Position numbers and translations under genes: made by a program. A DNA stretch of 64,000 bases from Clostridiales bacterium UBA3678 (GTDB lineage: Bacteria > Bacillota > Clostridia > TANB77 > CAG-508), in assembly GCA_002372935.1 (NCBI GenBank), contig DFJF01000007.1, positions 86,019 to 150,018 of the forward strand, written 5' to 3'. Shown here piece by piece: positions 9,010 through 19,437 of the stretch. The notes below the pieces were generated by a model. That model saw nothing but the letters and a program-made list of their open reading frames with translations. It was not told where the DNA came from and did not search any database. Position 1 is the stretch's first letter. Each line of letters begins with the position of its first letter.

Positions 9010-10611
9010 TTGAGTAAAATGAGCTATAGTGATGCAACATATCTTGTATTATTTTTACCATTAACTATACTAATATATAATTTAATGCCACAAAAACACC
9101 GTTGGAAAGTATTATTAATCGCAAGCTATATATTTTTCTGGTGTATAAGCAAAAAATTAATTATTTTTATAATATTTTCAACATTTTCAATTCATCACTT
9201 TGGATTATGGCTTAAAAGTATACAAGAAGAAAGAAATAAATTATTAAAAGAAGCGGAAAAAGAAAGCAAAAAAGCAATAAGAGCAGAATATTTAAAAAAG
9301 CAAAGAAAAGTTTTATTATTGGGTGTATTAATTCACCTTGGAATATTGCTTGTACTAAAATATTCAGGTTTTGCTTTAGAAAATCTAAATGCATTATTTG
9401 CGATGATAAAGATTCCAATTTCATTTAGTATAACCAAATATATGATGCCAATAGGAATATCTTTTTACACATTACAAGCTATTTCATATATTACAGATGT
9501 ATATCACGAAAAAATACAAGCAGATAGAAATTTGGGAAGACTTGCATTATTTATGACATTTTTTCCACAAATAATGGAAGGTCCAATATGCAGATATTCA
9601 GATACAGCTATGCAATTATGGGAAGGAAAAAAAGTTACTTATCAAAATTTAAAATCTGGGTTATTACGTATAGGATATGGAATTATTAAAAAGATTGTTA
9701 TTGCTGATAGATTAAATATATTTGTACAAACAATATTTGAAAAATATTCAGAATTTGATGGTGGAATTGTAGCTATTGGAGTTATATTATATACAGTTCA
9801 ATTATATATGGACTTTTCAGGTGTTATGGATATTGTAATAGGAAGTGGAGAAATATTTGGAATAAAGATGCCCGAAAATTTCAGGCAACCATTTTTCTCA
9901 AAAACAATATCAGAATTTTGGACAAGGTGGCATATCACACTTGGAGCGTTTTTCAGAGATTATGTTTTTTATCCATTGTCACTTTCAGAGCCATTAAAAA
10001 AACTTACTACTAAAGCAAGGAAAAAATTAGGAAAACATTATGGGCCACTTATATCAAGCAGTATTGCATTATTTTGTGTATGGTTTTGCAATGGGCTTTG
10101 GCATGGAGCAGCATGGTCTTTTATCTTTTTTGGAATGTACCATTTTGTATTAATTTTGACAGGTAATATAATTGAACCTTTAGTAAATATTGTAAATGAA
10201 AAATTACATATAAAAAAGGAAAATTGGATATATAAAACATTGCAAATAATAAGAACAACAATTTTAGTATTTATTGGGGAATTATTTTTTGAAGCTAAAA
10301 CAGTAAAAGATGGGTTTGCCATGTTAAATAGAATCTTTACTCAGTTTAGTTTTAATGGAATTTCAACAGGAGCCATATTAGATAAAAATGGTATGGATTT
10401 AAAAGATTTTATTATAGTTGGAATAGGAATAATTTTTGTATATATAATAAGTATTTTAAAAGAAAAAAATGTAGATATAAAAAAATGGGTTTTTGGACAA
10501 AAGATTGTAATAAGATGGTTAATATATTATGCAATTATATTTGTAGTGATAATATTAGGCGCTTATGGTATGAATTATATTCCAGTTGATCCAATGTATG
10601 CAGGTTTTTAA
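9010..10611 (+). CDS. MBOAT-family membrane O-acyltransferase (DltB/AlgI-like)
   Basis: 533 aa, polytopic. Conserved MBOAT histidine region (WHITLGAFFRDYVFYP...LWHG). Confidence 0.8.
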   Translation: MSKMSYSDATYLVLFLPLTILIYNLMPQKHRWKVLLIASYIFFWCISKKLIIFIIFSTFSIHHFGLWLKSIQEERNKLLKEAEKESKKAIRAEYLKKQRKVLLLGVLIHLGILLVLKYSGFALENLNALFAMIKIPISFSITKYMMPIGISFYTLQAISYITDVYHEKIQADRNLGRLALFMTFFPQIMEGPICRYSDTAMQLWEGKKVTYQNLKSGLLRIGYGIIKKIVIADRLNIFVQTIFEKYSEFDGGIVAIGVILYTVQLYMDFSGVMDIVIGSGEIFGIKMPENFRQPFFSKTISEFWTRWHITLGAFFRDYVFYPLSLSEPLKKLTTKARKKLGKHYGPLISSSIALFCVWFCNGLWHGAAWSFIFFGMYHFVLILTGNIIEPLVNIVNEKLHIKKENWIYKTLQIIRTTILVFIGELFFEAKTVKDGFAMLNRIFTQFSFNGISTGAILDKNGMDLKDFIIVGIGIIFVYIISILKEKNVDIKKWVFGQKIVIRWLIYYAIIFVVIILGAYGMNYIPVDPMYAGF

Positions 10612-10634
10612 ATAAGAAGGAGGAATAAACTAAG

Positions 10635-11543
10635 GTGAAAAAAATAATACTTAAATGCACTATATTTTGTACAATATTTTTAATAATATTAATAATCCTT
10701 TCACATATAGTAGTTCCAAAAAATAATTCAAAAGAAGCAGGGATGGAAGATGAATTAGCAAATGGGATTTTAGCAGAACCAGAAAATACAATTGATGTTT
10801 TGGTTGTTGGTGATAGTGAATCATATTCATCTTATGTACCTCGTGAGATATGGAATGAATATGGAATTACATCATATGTATGTGGAAATCCAAAACAGCC
10901 ATTAAGCAGGTCATTGAGTTTTATATATAAAACTTTTAAAACTCAAAAACCAAAAATAGTTATGTTAGAGACAAATACGATATATAGAAGAAGATCATTA
11001 ATGTATCCATTATATGAGTTATCAGATAATATTTTGCCAATTTTTAAATACCATGATAGATGGAAAACTCTTACAAAAAACGATCTTTTTGGTAAAGTGG
11101 ATTATACAACAATACAAGATAGTAAAGGATATTATTATAGTGATATTATAAAATCATCAAAACCTGGGAAATATATGAGAAGGTCTAAGGATGAACGAAA
11201 AATTCCAAAGTCAAATAAATTATACATAAAAATAATGAAGAAGTATTGTGAAAAAAATGGAGCAAAATTGGTTTTCTATAGTGCACCAAGTTCAAAAAAT
11301 TGGACTTATGAAAAACATAATGGAGTACAGGCATTAGCAGACAGCCTAGGTATTGAATTTATAGATTTAAATCTAAAAAACAATGAAATTAATATAAATT
11401 GGAATGAAGATTCTAGAGATAAAGGAGATCACTTAAATTATAATGGAGCAATAAAAGTAACTAAATATTTAGGGAAATATTTATATGAAAAAAATATTTT
11501 AACTGATCACAGAGGAGATCCAAATTATCAAGAGTGGAATTAA
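10635..11543 (+). CDS. membrane-anchored SGNH-like protein, DltD/AlgJ-type partner of the MBOAT
   Basis: N-terminal TM. GDS block (VVGDSESYS) and DxxH block (GDHLNY). Position matches DltD in dlt operons. GTG start with an AGGAGG RBS. Confidence 0.5.
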   Translation: MKKIILKCTIFCTIFLIILIILSHIVVPKNNSKEAGMEDELANGILAEPENTIDVLVVGDSESYSSYVPREIWNEYGITSYVCGNPKQPLSRSLSFIYKTFKTQKPKIVMLETNTIYRRRSLMYPLYELSDNILPIFKYHDRWKTLTKNDLFGKVDYTTIQDSKGYYYSDIIKSSKPGKYMRRSKDERKIPKSNKLYIKIMKKYCEKNGAKLVFYSAPSSKNWTYEKHNGVQALADSLGIEFIDLNLKNNEININWNEDSRDKGDHLNYNGAIKVTKYLGKYLYEKNILTDHRGDPNYQEWN

Positions 11544-11544
11544 A

Positions 11545-11572
11545 ATAGCAATTAATTTTGCTATTTTTTTCT
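11545..11572 (+). terminator. rho-independent terminator of the Dlt-like operon
   Basis: aatagcaa-ttaat-tttgctatt hairpin followed by a T7 run. Confidence 0.7.
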
Positions 11573-11642
11573 TCTAAAAAGGCTTGAGAGAGTAAGAAAA
11601 CAAAAGAAATGTGAATGTTTTGTAAATTTTGGCACTCACATA

Positions 11643-11671
11643 TTGACATTGCTAAAAAACGTGATATACTA
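11643..11671 (+). promoter_or_regulatory. sigma-A-type promoter for the hsp20 gene
   Basis: TTGACA, a 16-17-nt spacer, then TGaTATACT (extended -10), about 65 nt upstream of the start. Confidence 0.55.
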
Positions 11672-11736
11672 TAATTGTAAAAAATAAAAATACCACAAAA
11701 TGGTATCAAAAAAAATAAGAAAGGAAGTTGATTATT

Positions 11737-12159
11737 ATGATGATGATACCTAGAAAAAAAGATGATTTTGATATTTGGGGTGACATGTTTAGAAATCCAT
11801 TCTTCTCAAACACAGAAGGTGAGATCATGAAAACAGATATTAAAGAAAAGGGTGACAAATATGAAATAGATATGGACTTACCTGGATATGAAAAAGACAA
11901 TATAAAAATAGAAATAGATGATGGATATTTAGTAGTTTCTGCTAATGTTGATACAAACAAAGAAGAAAAAGAAAAAGGCAAATTTGTTCGTAAAGAAAGA
12001 TATGTTGGATCTTGCTCTAGAAGCTTCTATATAGGAGAAGACATAGAAAATGAAGATATAAAGGCTTCATTTAAAAATGGAACATTAAGAATAGAAGTAC
12101 CTAAAAAAGAAGAAAAACAAGAAATACCAGAAAAGAAATATATTCAAATAGAAGATTAA
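11737..12159 (+). CDS. Hsp20/alpha-crystallin family small heat-shock protein
   Basis: Alpha-crystallin domain (DMDLPGYEKDNIKIEIDDGYLVVSA...GTLRIEVPK). ATG is 9 nt after an AAGGAAG RBS. The ORF-track start at 11728 is an in-frame TTG. Confidence 0.8.
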   Translation: MMMIPRKKDDFDIWGDMFRNPFFSNTEGEIMKTDIKEKGDKYEIDMDLPGYEKDNIKIEIDDGYLVVSANVDTNKEEKEKGKFVRKERYVGSCSRSFYIGEDIENEDIKASFKNGTLRIEVPKKEEKQEIPEKKYIQIED

Positions 12160-12168
12160 TTAATGGAA

Positions 12169-12207
12169 GAGTTGTATAAGGCTAATCCTTATACAACTTT
12201 TTTATTA
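12169..12207 (+). terminator. rho-independent terminator after hsp20
   Basis: gttgtataagg-ctaat-ccttatacaac stem followed by a T6 run. Confidence 0.7.
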
Positions 12208-12272
12208 TTTTTATTGTCATTTTATTTTAAATAAAATATAATAAAAGATAATCAAAACGAAAGGAATTTTAT

Positions 12273-14039
12273 ATGTTTAAATTATTTAAAAATTTTGGAA
12301 AAAAAGACATAGCTGTAATGTTAATTTGTATTATATTAATTGTACTTCAAGTTTGGCTAGAACTAAAAATGCCAGATTATATGTCAGAAATAACTGTTTT
12401 AGTTCAAACAGAAGGAAGTCAAATGAGTGACATATTAGCAAATGGAGGCTATATGATGGCCTGTGCATTTGGAAGTTTGGTATCAGCAATTATTGTTGGA
12501 TATTTAGTTGCAAATTTAGCTGCAACTTTATCTATGAAAATTAGAAAAAAATTATTTACAAAAGTTGAAAATTTGGCAATGAATGAAGTTAAAAGATTTT
12601 CTACAAGTAGTTTAATTACAAGAACTACAAATGATATAACACAAATACAGATGCTTGTTGCAATGGGGTTACAAATGGCAATAAAAGCTCCTATAACTGC
12701 TGTATGGGCAGTAACAAAGATATTAAACAAGAGTTGGCAATGGAGTGCGATTACAGGTGTAGGAGTATTAATACTTATGGCAGTTATTATTGCCATTATG
12801 TTTGTCGTTGTTCCAAAATTTAAAATTGTACAAAAATTGACAGATAAATTAAATGGGGTAACTCGTGAAAATCTTACAGGAATTAGAGTAGTTAGAGCTT
12901 TTAATGCAGAAGAATATCAAGAAAATAAATTTGAAAAAGCAAATAAAGATTTAACAAATCAACAAATGTTTAACCAAAAAGCTTTTGCTCTTCTTTCACC
13001 AGTTATGTATTTGGTAATGTATTTTTTGACACTTTCTATTTACTATGTTGGAGCCCATTTGATAAATGATGCTAATTTTGCAGAAAAAATAACTTTATTT
13101 GGAAATATGGTTGTATTTAGTTCTTATGCTATGCAAGTTATCATGGCATTTTTGATGCTTGCTATGATTTTTATGATGTACCCAAGAGCTCAAGTTTCTG
13201 CAAAGCGTATAAATGAAGTATTAGATACAGACATAACAATTAAAGATGGAAAAATAGACAAAGATACAAACAACATAAAAGGTGAAGTAGAATTTAAAAA
13301 TGTAAGTTTCAAATATCCAGATGCAGATGACTATGTTTTAGAAAATATTTCATTTAAAGCTAACAAAGGAGAAACAGTTGCTTTTATTGGGTCAACAGGT
13401 AGTGGAAAATCTACTTTAATAAATTTAGTTCCAAGATTTTATGATTCTACTTCTGGAGAAGTTTTAGTTGATGGAATAAATATAAAAGAATATAAACAAG
13501 AATTTTTACATACAAAATTAGGATATGTTTCTCAAAAAGCTGTTATTTTCAATGACACTGTTGCAAATAATATTTCTTATGGTGATAATGGAAAAGGTAA
13601 AATATCAGAAGAAAAGATAAAAAAAGCTATAGAAGTAGCTCAAGCAAAAGAATTTGTAGAAAAAATGGAAGATGGCTATAATACAGATATGGCTGAAGGC
13701 GGAACAAATGTATCTGGAGGTCAAAAGCAAAGATTATCAATAGCAAGAGCAATTGCAAGAGATCCAGAAATTTATATTTTTGATGATACATTTTCAGCTT
13801 TAGATTATAAAACAGATAGTATATTAAGAAAAGCATTAAAAGATTATACTAAAAATGCTACAATATTAATAGTTGCCCAAAGAATTGGTACAATTATGAA
13901 TGCAGATAAAATTGTGGTTTTAGATGAGGGAAAAATTGTTGGAATTGGAAAACACAAAGAATTATTACAGAAATGTGATGTATATAGACAGATTGCTTTA
14001 TCACAATTAACAAAGGAGGAATTAGATGCTGAAAAATAA
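12273..14039 (+). CDS. ABC exporter, fused permease/ATP-binding subunit (heterodimeric multidrug-type, subunit 1)
   Basis: N-terminal 6-TM domain. Walker A GSTGSGKST. ABC signature VSGGQKQR. Walker B IYIFDD. Confidence 0.8.
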   Translation: MFKLFKNFGKKDIAVMLICIILIVLQVWLELKMPDYMSEITVLVQTEGSQMSDILANGGYMMACAFGSLVSAIIVGYLVANLAATLSMKIRKKLFTKVENLAMNEVKRFSTSSLITRTTNDITQIQMLVAMGLQMAIKAPITAVWAVTKILNKSWQWSAITGVGVLILMAVIIAIMFVVVPKFKIVQKLTDKLNGVTRENLTGIRVVRAFNAEEYQENKFEKANKDLTNQQMFNQKAFALLSPVMYLVMYFLTLSIYYVGAHLINDANFAEKITLFGNMVVFSSYAMQVIMAFLMLAMIFMMYPRAQVSAKRINEVLDTDITIKDGKIDKDTNNIKGEVEFKNVSFKYPDADDYVLENISFKANKGETVAFIGSTGSGKSTLINLVPRFYDSTSGEVLVDGINIKEYKQEFLHTKLGYVSQKAVIFNDTVANNISYGDNGKGKISEEKIKKAIEVAQAKEFVEKMEDGYNTDMAEGGTNVSGGQKQRLSIARAIARDPEIYIFDDTFSALDYKTDSILRKALKDYTKNATILIVAQRIGTIMNADKIVVLDEGKIVGIGKHKELLQKCDVYRQIALSQLTKEELDAEK

Positions 14040-14182
14040 TTACAATTTTGGCTATGTCAAATTTTATTTAAAACGCGGTTACATACAAAAAGTATGCGCC
14101 CTTGCCTTTTAAATTAAATTTTCCTTGCCAAAATTTAATTCTTTTTTCAGCAAAATGCCTCAAGAAAGGAAAAAGATTAATA

Positions 14183-16003
14183 ATGAGTAATAACGAATCA
14201 AGACCTCCAAGAAGAGGACCAATGGGTAGAGGACCAGGTGTTCCTGGTGAAAAAGCAAAAGACTTTAAAGGTGCAGTTAGGAGACTGATTTCAGAATTAA
14301 AAACATATAAAATGTTTATTATAATTGCGCTTATCCTTGCGGTTGCAGGTTCTGTACTATCAATTATGGCACCAAACAGGCTATCAAGTTTAACAGATGA
14401 AATTTCAGCAGGATTAATGGGAAATATGAATTTATCAAAAATAAAACATATTGCATTAATTTTAGCATGTATGTATATTGCTAGTGCATTATTTAACTTT
14501 ATTCAAGGCATTATAATGACAATAATTGCAAATAAATTTGCTCAAAATTTAAGAAGTAGAATTTCGAAAAAGATAAATAAATTACCACTTAGATATTTTG
14601 ACTTACATCCAATTGGAGATATTTTATCAAGAGTTACAAATGATGTTGATACAATTGCTCAAACAATGAATCAATCACTAGGAACATTTGTAAGTAGTAT
14701 AACATTATTTTTAGGTTCAATAATCATGATGTTTTATACAAATTGGATAATGGCATTAACTGCTATAGGTTCTAGTGTAATAGGATTTATATTTATGTTC
14801 TTAATTTTAGGAAAATCACAAAAATACTTTGTTGCAAGACAAGAAGAACTAGGAAAATTAAATGGTCATATTGAAGAAATATATTCAGCATTAAATATTG
14901 TAAAAGTATATAATGGTCAAAAGTCTGCAAATAGTAAATTTGCTGAACTAAATAAAAAAGTATATAATGCAAATAGAAAAAGCCAATTTTTATCAGGATT
15001 AATGCAACCTATGATGCAATTTATAGGAAACCTTGGTTATGTTGCAGTTTGTATAGTTGGCGCATTACTTACAATGAATAATGTTATATCTTTTGGTGTA
15101 ATTGTTGCATTTATTACATATGTTAGATTATTTACAAATCCATTATCACAGATTGCACAAAGCATGACATCACTTCAATCAACTGCAGCTGCTAGTGAAA
15201 GAGTTTTTGAATTTGTAGATGCAAAAGAAATGAGTAGTCAAGAAAATATAACTAAAAAATTAGATAAAGAAAAAGTTAAAGGGAAAATTGAATTTGATAA
15301 TATTGTATTCCAATATGACAATAATCCAAATCCTACAATAAAGAATTTTAGTGCAATAGCACATCCAGGGCAAAAGGTGGCAATTGTTGGACCAACAGGT
15401 GCAGGAAAAACTACAATGGTAAATTTACTTATGAAATTTTATGATATAGATTCAGGAGATATAAAAATAGATGATATATCTACAAAAGAATTAACTCGTG
15501 AAAATATACATGATTTATTTACAATGGTATTACAAGACACTTGGCTTTTTGAAGGCACAATAAAAGAAAATTTAATATATAATACAAATGCTACACAAGA
15601 ACAGGTAGAAGAAGTATGTAAAATCGTTGGATTACATCATTTTATCAAGACATTACCAGGTGGCTATGATTCAATGCTTTCAGAAAATGATACTGTTTCT
15701 GCTGGTCAAAAACAATTACTTACAATTGCAAGAGGAATGCTACAAAATGCACCATTTTTAATACTAGATGAGGCTACTTCAAATGTTGATACAAGAACAG
15801 AAGAATTAGTCCAAAAAGCAATGGATAAATTAACAGAAGGAAAAACATCATTTATTATAGCACATAGATTATCAACAATAAAAAATGCAGATTTAATTTT
15901 GGTAATGAAAGATGGAAATATTATAGAACAAGGAAATCATGATGAACTCATGTCTAAAAATGGTGTTTATGCAGACTTATATAATGCACAATTTGAATTA
16001 TAA
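14183..16003 (+). CDS. ABC exporter, fused permease/ATP-binding subunit (subunit 2)
   Basis: Start MSNNES chosen for its RBS (aaaggaaaaagattaataATG); the ORF track extends upstream to 14102. Walker A GPTGAGKTT, signature SAGQKQL, Walker B LILDEATS. Confidence 0.8.
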   Translation: MSNNESRPPRRGPMGRGPGVPGEKAKDFKGAVRRLISELKTYKMFIIIALILAVAGSVLSIMAPNRLSSLTDEISAGLMGNMNLSKIKHIALILACMYIASALFNFIQGIIMTIIANKFAQNLRSRISKKINKLPLRYFDLHPIGDILSRVTNDVDTIAQTMNQSLGTFVSSITLFLGSIIMMFYTNWIMALTAIGSSVIGFIFMFLILGKSQKYFVARQEELGKLNGHIEEIYSALNIVKVYNGQKSANSKFAELNKKVYNANRKSQFLSGLMQPMMQFIGNLGYVAVCIVGALLTMNNVISFGVIVAFITYVRLFTNPLSQIAQSMTSLQSTAAASERVFEFVDAKEMSSQENITKKLDKEKVKGKIEFDNIVFQYDNNPNPTIKNFSAIAHPGQKVAIVGPTGAGKTTMVNLLMKFYDIDSGDIKIDDISTKELTRENIHDLFTMVLQDTWLFEGTIKENLIYNTNATQEQVEEVCKIVGLHHFIKTLPGGYDSMLSENDTVSAGQKQLLTIARGMLQNAPFLILDEATSNVDTRTEELVQKAMDKLTEGKTSFIIAHRLSTIKNADLILVMKDGNIIEQGNHDELMSKNGVYADLYNAQFEL

Positions 16004-16052
16004 TTTCATTTGTGGACGGTTCTTCTTTCAAAGGTGTAAAAGGAGATAAAAT

Positions 16053-19000
16053 ATGTTACAAATAAAAAATATTTGCAAAAAATATAAAACAGGAAATTTA
16101 ATACAAAAGGCTTTAGATAATGTAAGTTTAAATTTAAGAGATAGTGAATTTGTTGCTATTCTTGGCCCTAGTGGATCTGGAAAAACAACTCTTCTAAACA
16201 TTATTGGAGGTTTAGACCATTATGATACAGGAGATTTAATAATAAATGGAATTTCAACCAAGAAATACAAAGATAGAGACTGGGATTCTTACCGTAACCA
16301 TACAATTGGATTTGTGTTTCAAAGTTATAATTTGATACCACACCAAACAATTTTATCAAATGTTGAACTTGCATTAACTATTTCAGGCATAGTTAAAAGC
16401 AAAAGAAAACAAAAAGCATTAAAAGCACTTGAACAAGTAGGACTTAAAGAGCAAGCACATAAAAAACCTAGCCAACTATCAGGAGGACAAATGCAAAGAG
16501 TTGCTATTGCAAGAGCTTTAGTAAATAACCCAGATGTTATACTTGCTGATGAACCAACAGGAGCTTTAGATAGTGATACAAGTGTTCAAGTAATGGAATT
16601 ATTAAAAGAAGTTGCAAAAGACCGTTTGGTAGTAATGGTAACACATAATCCAGAATTAGCAAAAACCTATGCTACTCGTATTGTGAATTTAAGAGACGGA
16701 AAAATACGCTCTGATAGCAATCCTTATAAAATAGATAATGAAAAAAATAAAAAAGCAGAACATAAAAACATGGGAAAAACAACAATGTCATTCTTAACTG
16801 CTTTATCACTTAGCTTCAATAATTTAAAAACTAAAAAAGGAAGAACATTTTTAACTTCTTTTGCTGGATCAATTGGTATTATTGGAATAGCTCTTATTTT
16901 ATCATTATCAAATGGAGTTAATACTTATATTAAATCAGTTGAAGAAGATACTTTGTCAGAATACCCATTACAAATACAAAGTACAGGAATTGATATGACT
17001 TCACTGTTAATGAGTGCAAGAAATGATACAAGTGAAAATCAAGAAAATGGGAAAATAAATGTCACAAAAAACCTAAGTAATATGTTTTCCACAATAGGCT
17101 CTAATGATTTAGTTTCATTTAAGAAATATTTAGAAAGTGGGGAAAGCCATATTGATAACTATGCAAAAGCAATTGAATACACATACAATGTTTCACCCAA
17201 AATATATAATTCGGACACTGAAAAATTAAGACAATTGAATCCTGATGTTTCATTTGAAGGATTGGGAATGGGATCAGGTTCAAGCATGAATAGCTTAATA
17301 TCTAGTATGATGAGTACAGATGTATTTTTTCAAATGCCAACAAATACAAATTTATTTGAGAATCAATATGATATAAAAGCTGGAAGATGGACTACTAATT
17401 ACAATGAATGTGTTTTAGTATTAACATCAGATGGAAATATTAGTGACTTCTTGCTATATACATTAGGATTAAGGGATTTTAGTGAACTTGATAATATGGT
17501 TAATAAGTTTTCAAATGAAGAAAGAGTAGAACCACCTACTGATATGGGATCTTATTCTTATGAAGATATTCTTGGAAAATCATTTAAATTAGTAAATAAT
17601 AGTGATTGTTATGAATATGACAAAGAATACAAAATATGGAGAGATAAAACAGATAATACAAAATATATGAAAAAAATTGTGGAAAACGGTGAAGATATAA
17701 AAATTGTTGGAATTGTACAACCCAAAGAAGGAGCAACAGGCACGATGCTAAAACCTGGAATAAACTATCCTTCATCATTAACAAACCATATAATCGAAAA
17801 TTCAACTAATAGTAAAATTGTAAAAGATCAGCTAGAACGACCAGAAATTAATGTATTTACTGGAAAAAGATTTGATGATAATGAGAAAGATAATTCTTTT
17901 GATATGAATTCATTATTTGAAATAGATACAAATGCATTAAAATCAGCATTTAAAATAGATCAGTCAAAAATAAAAGTTGATTTTAGTAATCTAAATAATA
18001 TAGCAACACAAAATTCATTACCTGAAATTGATTTAAATAAAATTTTAAGCAAAATTGAATTTTCTATACCGCAAGAAAGTATTAAAAAATTAATGAATGA
18101 GATTTTAAAAGGATATGAAACATATTTAAAAAATACACCAGATGCTAGTTTAAACCAGTTAAATAAAGCTTTAACTGAATATTTGCAATCAAAAGAAACA
18201 ACTGAATTGTTAAACAAGGAAATTGAAAAAATAATTAAAAAAAATGGGAGTTTAACTATTACTCAAGAACAAATGAATGAAATTATGCAAACTATTTTAA
18301 AAGATTTTCAAGAATATGCTAGTAATAATGGACTAGGAGATATTACAGAGGTAGATAAATATTTTATGGAATATCTTGAATCAGAACAAGCAAAAAAAAT
18401 TATTACTAATAATGTTTCAGAAATAATTAAATCTCAGAATTTAGATAAACAAATTTCAAAAATTATTGAAAAATATATGCAATCTGTTATGACAACAATG
18501 AGTAAAAGCCTTGAAAAAGAAATGAAATCAAGCATTAATAAGCTTAGTAAATCAATGGCAAATGCAATAAGTATTGACACAAGTGCTTTTGCTAATGCTT
18601 TTAAAATGAAAATGGATGAGGAGGAACTATCAGAGCTTTTTGCTTCACTTATGAGCAAAGGTAATGAAAGTTATGATAACAATCTAAAAAAGCTAAATTA
18701 TGCTGATTTTAATGAACCAGCTGGTATTAATATTTACCCAAAAGATTTTGAGGGGAATAAAGCAATTACAAATTTATTAGATTCATACAATAACAATATG
18801 AGAGAAAATGGAAATGATGATAAAGTAATTTCATACACAGATATGGTTGGAACTTTGATGAGTTCTGTAACAAATATTATCAATACAGTAAGTTATGTAC
18901 TTATTGCATTTACTGGAATATCTTTAATTGTATCTTCTATTATGATTGGTGTTATCACATATATCAGTGTATTAGAGAGAAGAAAAGAAATTGGAATTTT

Positions 19001-19292
19001 AAGAGCTATTGGAGCATCAAAACATAATATTTCACAAGTTTTCAATGCTGAAACATTTATCATAGGAACTCTTTCTGGAGTAATTGGAATAGGTATTACT
19101 TTATTATTACTAATTCCTATAAATCATATTATCGCATCACTTGCTAATGGTGTAAATATTAGAGCAGTATTACTACCAACATCAGGAATTATTTTGATTT
19201 TTTTAAGTATAATCTTAACATTATTTGGAGGAATTTTGCCTTCAAGGAAAGCTGCAAAAGAAGATCCTGTATTAGCATTAAAGAGTGAATAA
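16053..19292 (+). CDS. giant fused ABC ATPase / FtsX-family permease (MacB-like) with a roughly 600-aa extracytoplasmic domain
   Basis: N-terminal ABC domain ([35 protein letters not shown]). One TM follows, then a long low-complexity extracellular region. The C-terminus has a four-helix FtsX-type permease domain. Confidence 0.75.
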   Translation: MLQIKNICKKYKTGNLIQKALDNVSLNLRDSEFVAILGPSGSGKTTLLNIIGGLDHYDTGDLIINGISTKKYKDRDWDSYRNHTIGFVFQSYNLIPHQTILSNVELALTISGIVKSKRKQKALKALEQVGLKEQAHKKPSQLSGGQMQRVAIARALVNNPDVILADEPTGALDSDTSVQVMELLKEVAKDRLVVMVTHNPELAKTYATRIVNLRDGKIRSDSNPYKIDNEKNKKAEHKNMGKTTMSFLTALSLSFNNLKTKKGRTFLTSFAGSIGIIGIALILSLSNGVNTYIKSVEEDTLSEYPLQIQSTGIDMTSLLMSARNDTSENQENGKINVTKNLSNMFSTIGSNDLVSFKKYLESGESHIDNYAKAIEYTYNVSPKIYNSDTEKLRQLNPDVSFEGLGMGSGSSMNSLISSMMSTDVFFQMPTNTNLFENQYDIKAGRWTTNYNECVLVLTSDGNISDFLLYTLGLRDFSELDNMVNKFSNEERVEPPTDMGSYSYEDILGKSFKLVNNSDCYEYDKEYKIWRDKTDNTKYMKKIVENGEDIKIVGIVQPKEGATGTMLKPGINYPSSLTNHIIENSTNSKIVKDQLERPEINVFTGKRFDDNEKDNSFDMNSLFEIDTNALKSAFKIDQSKIKVDFSNLNNIATQNSLPEIDLNKILSKIEFSIPQESIKKLMNEILKGYETYLKNTPDASLNQLNKALTEYLQSKETTELLNKEIEKIIKKNGSLTITQEQMNEIMQTILKDFQEYASNNGLGDITEVDKYFMEYLESEQAKKIITNNVSEIIKSQNLDKQISKIIEKYMQSVMTTMSKSLEKEMKSSINKLSKSMANAISIDTSAFANAFKMKMDEEELSELFASLMSKGNESYDNNLKKLNYADFNEPAGINIYPKDFEGNKAITNLLDSYNNNMRENGNDDKVISYTDMVGTLMSSVTNIINTVSYVLIAFTGISLIVSSIMIGVITYISVLERRKEIGILRAIGASKHNISQVFNAETFIIGTLSGVIGIGITLLLLIPINHIIASLANGVNIRAVLLPTSGIILIFLSIILTLFGGILPSRKAAKEDPVLALKSE

Positions 19293-19437
19293 TTAGGGAT
19301 TTTTAAAGCAGATTTAAATAATAGCATTTCAGGTTGCTCAAATTTGACAGAAACATTATAAAGGGACAATTAAGTTTGACAAAAATAGAGAAAAAGAATG
19401 AAAAGTCGTTGTAAAGAAACCAATTAAATAGGAGTAA

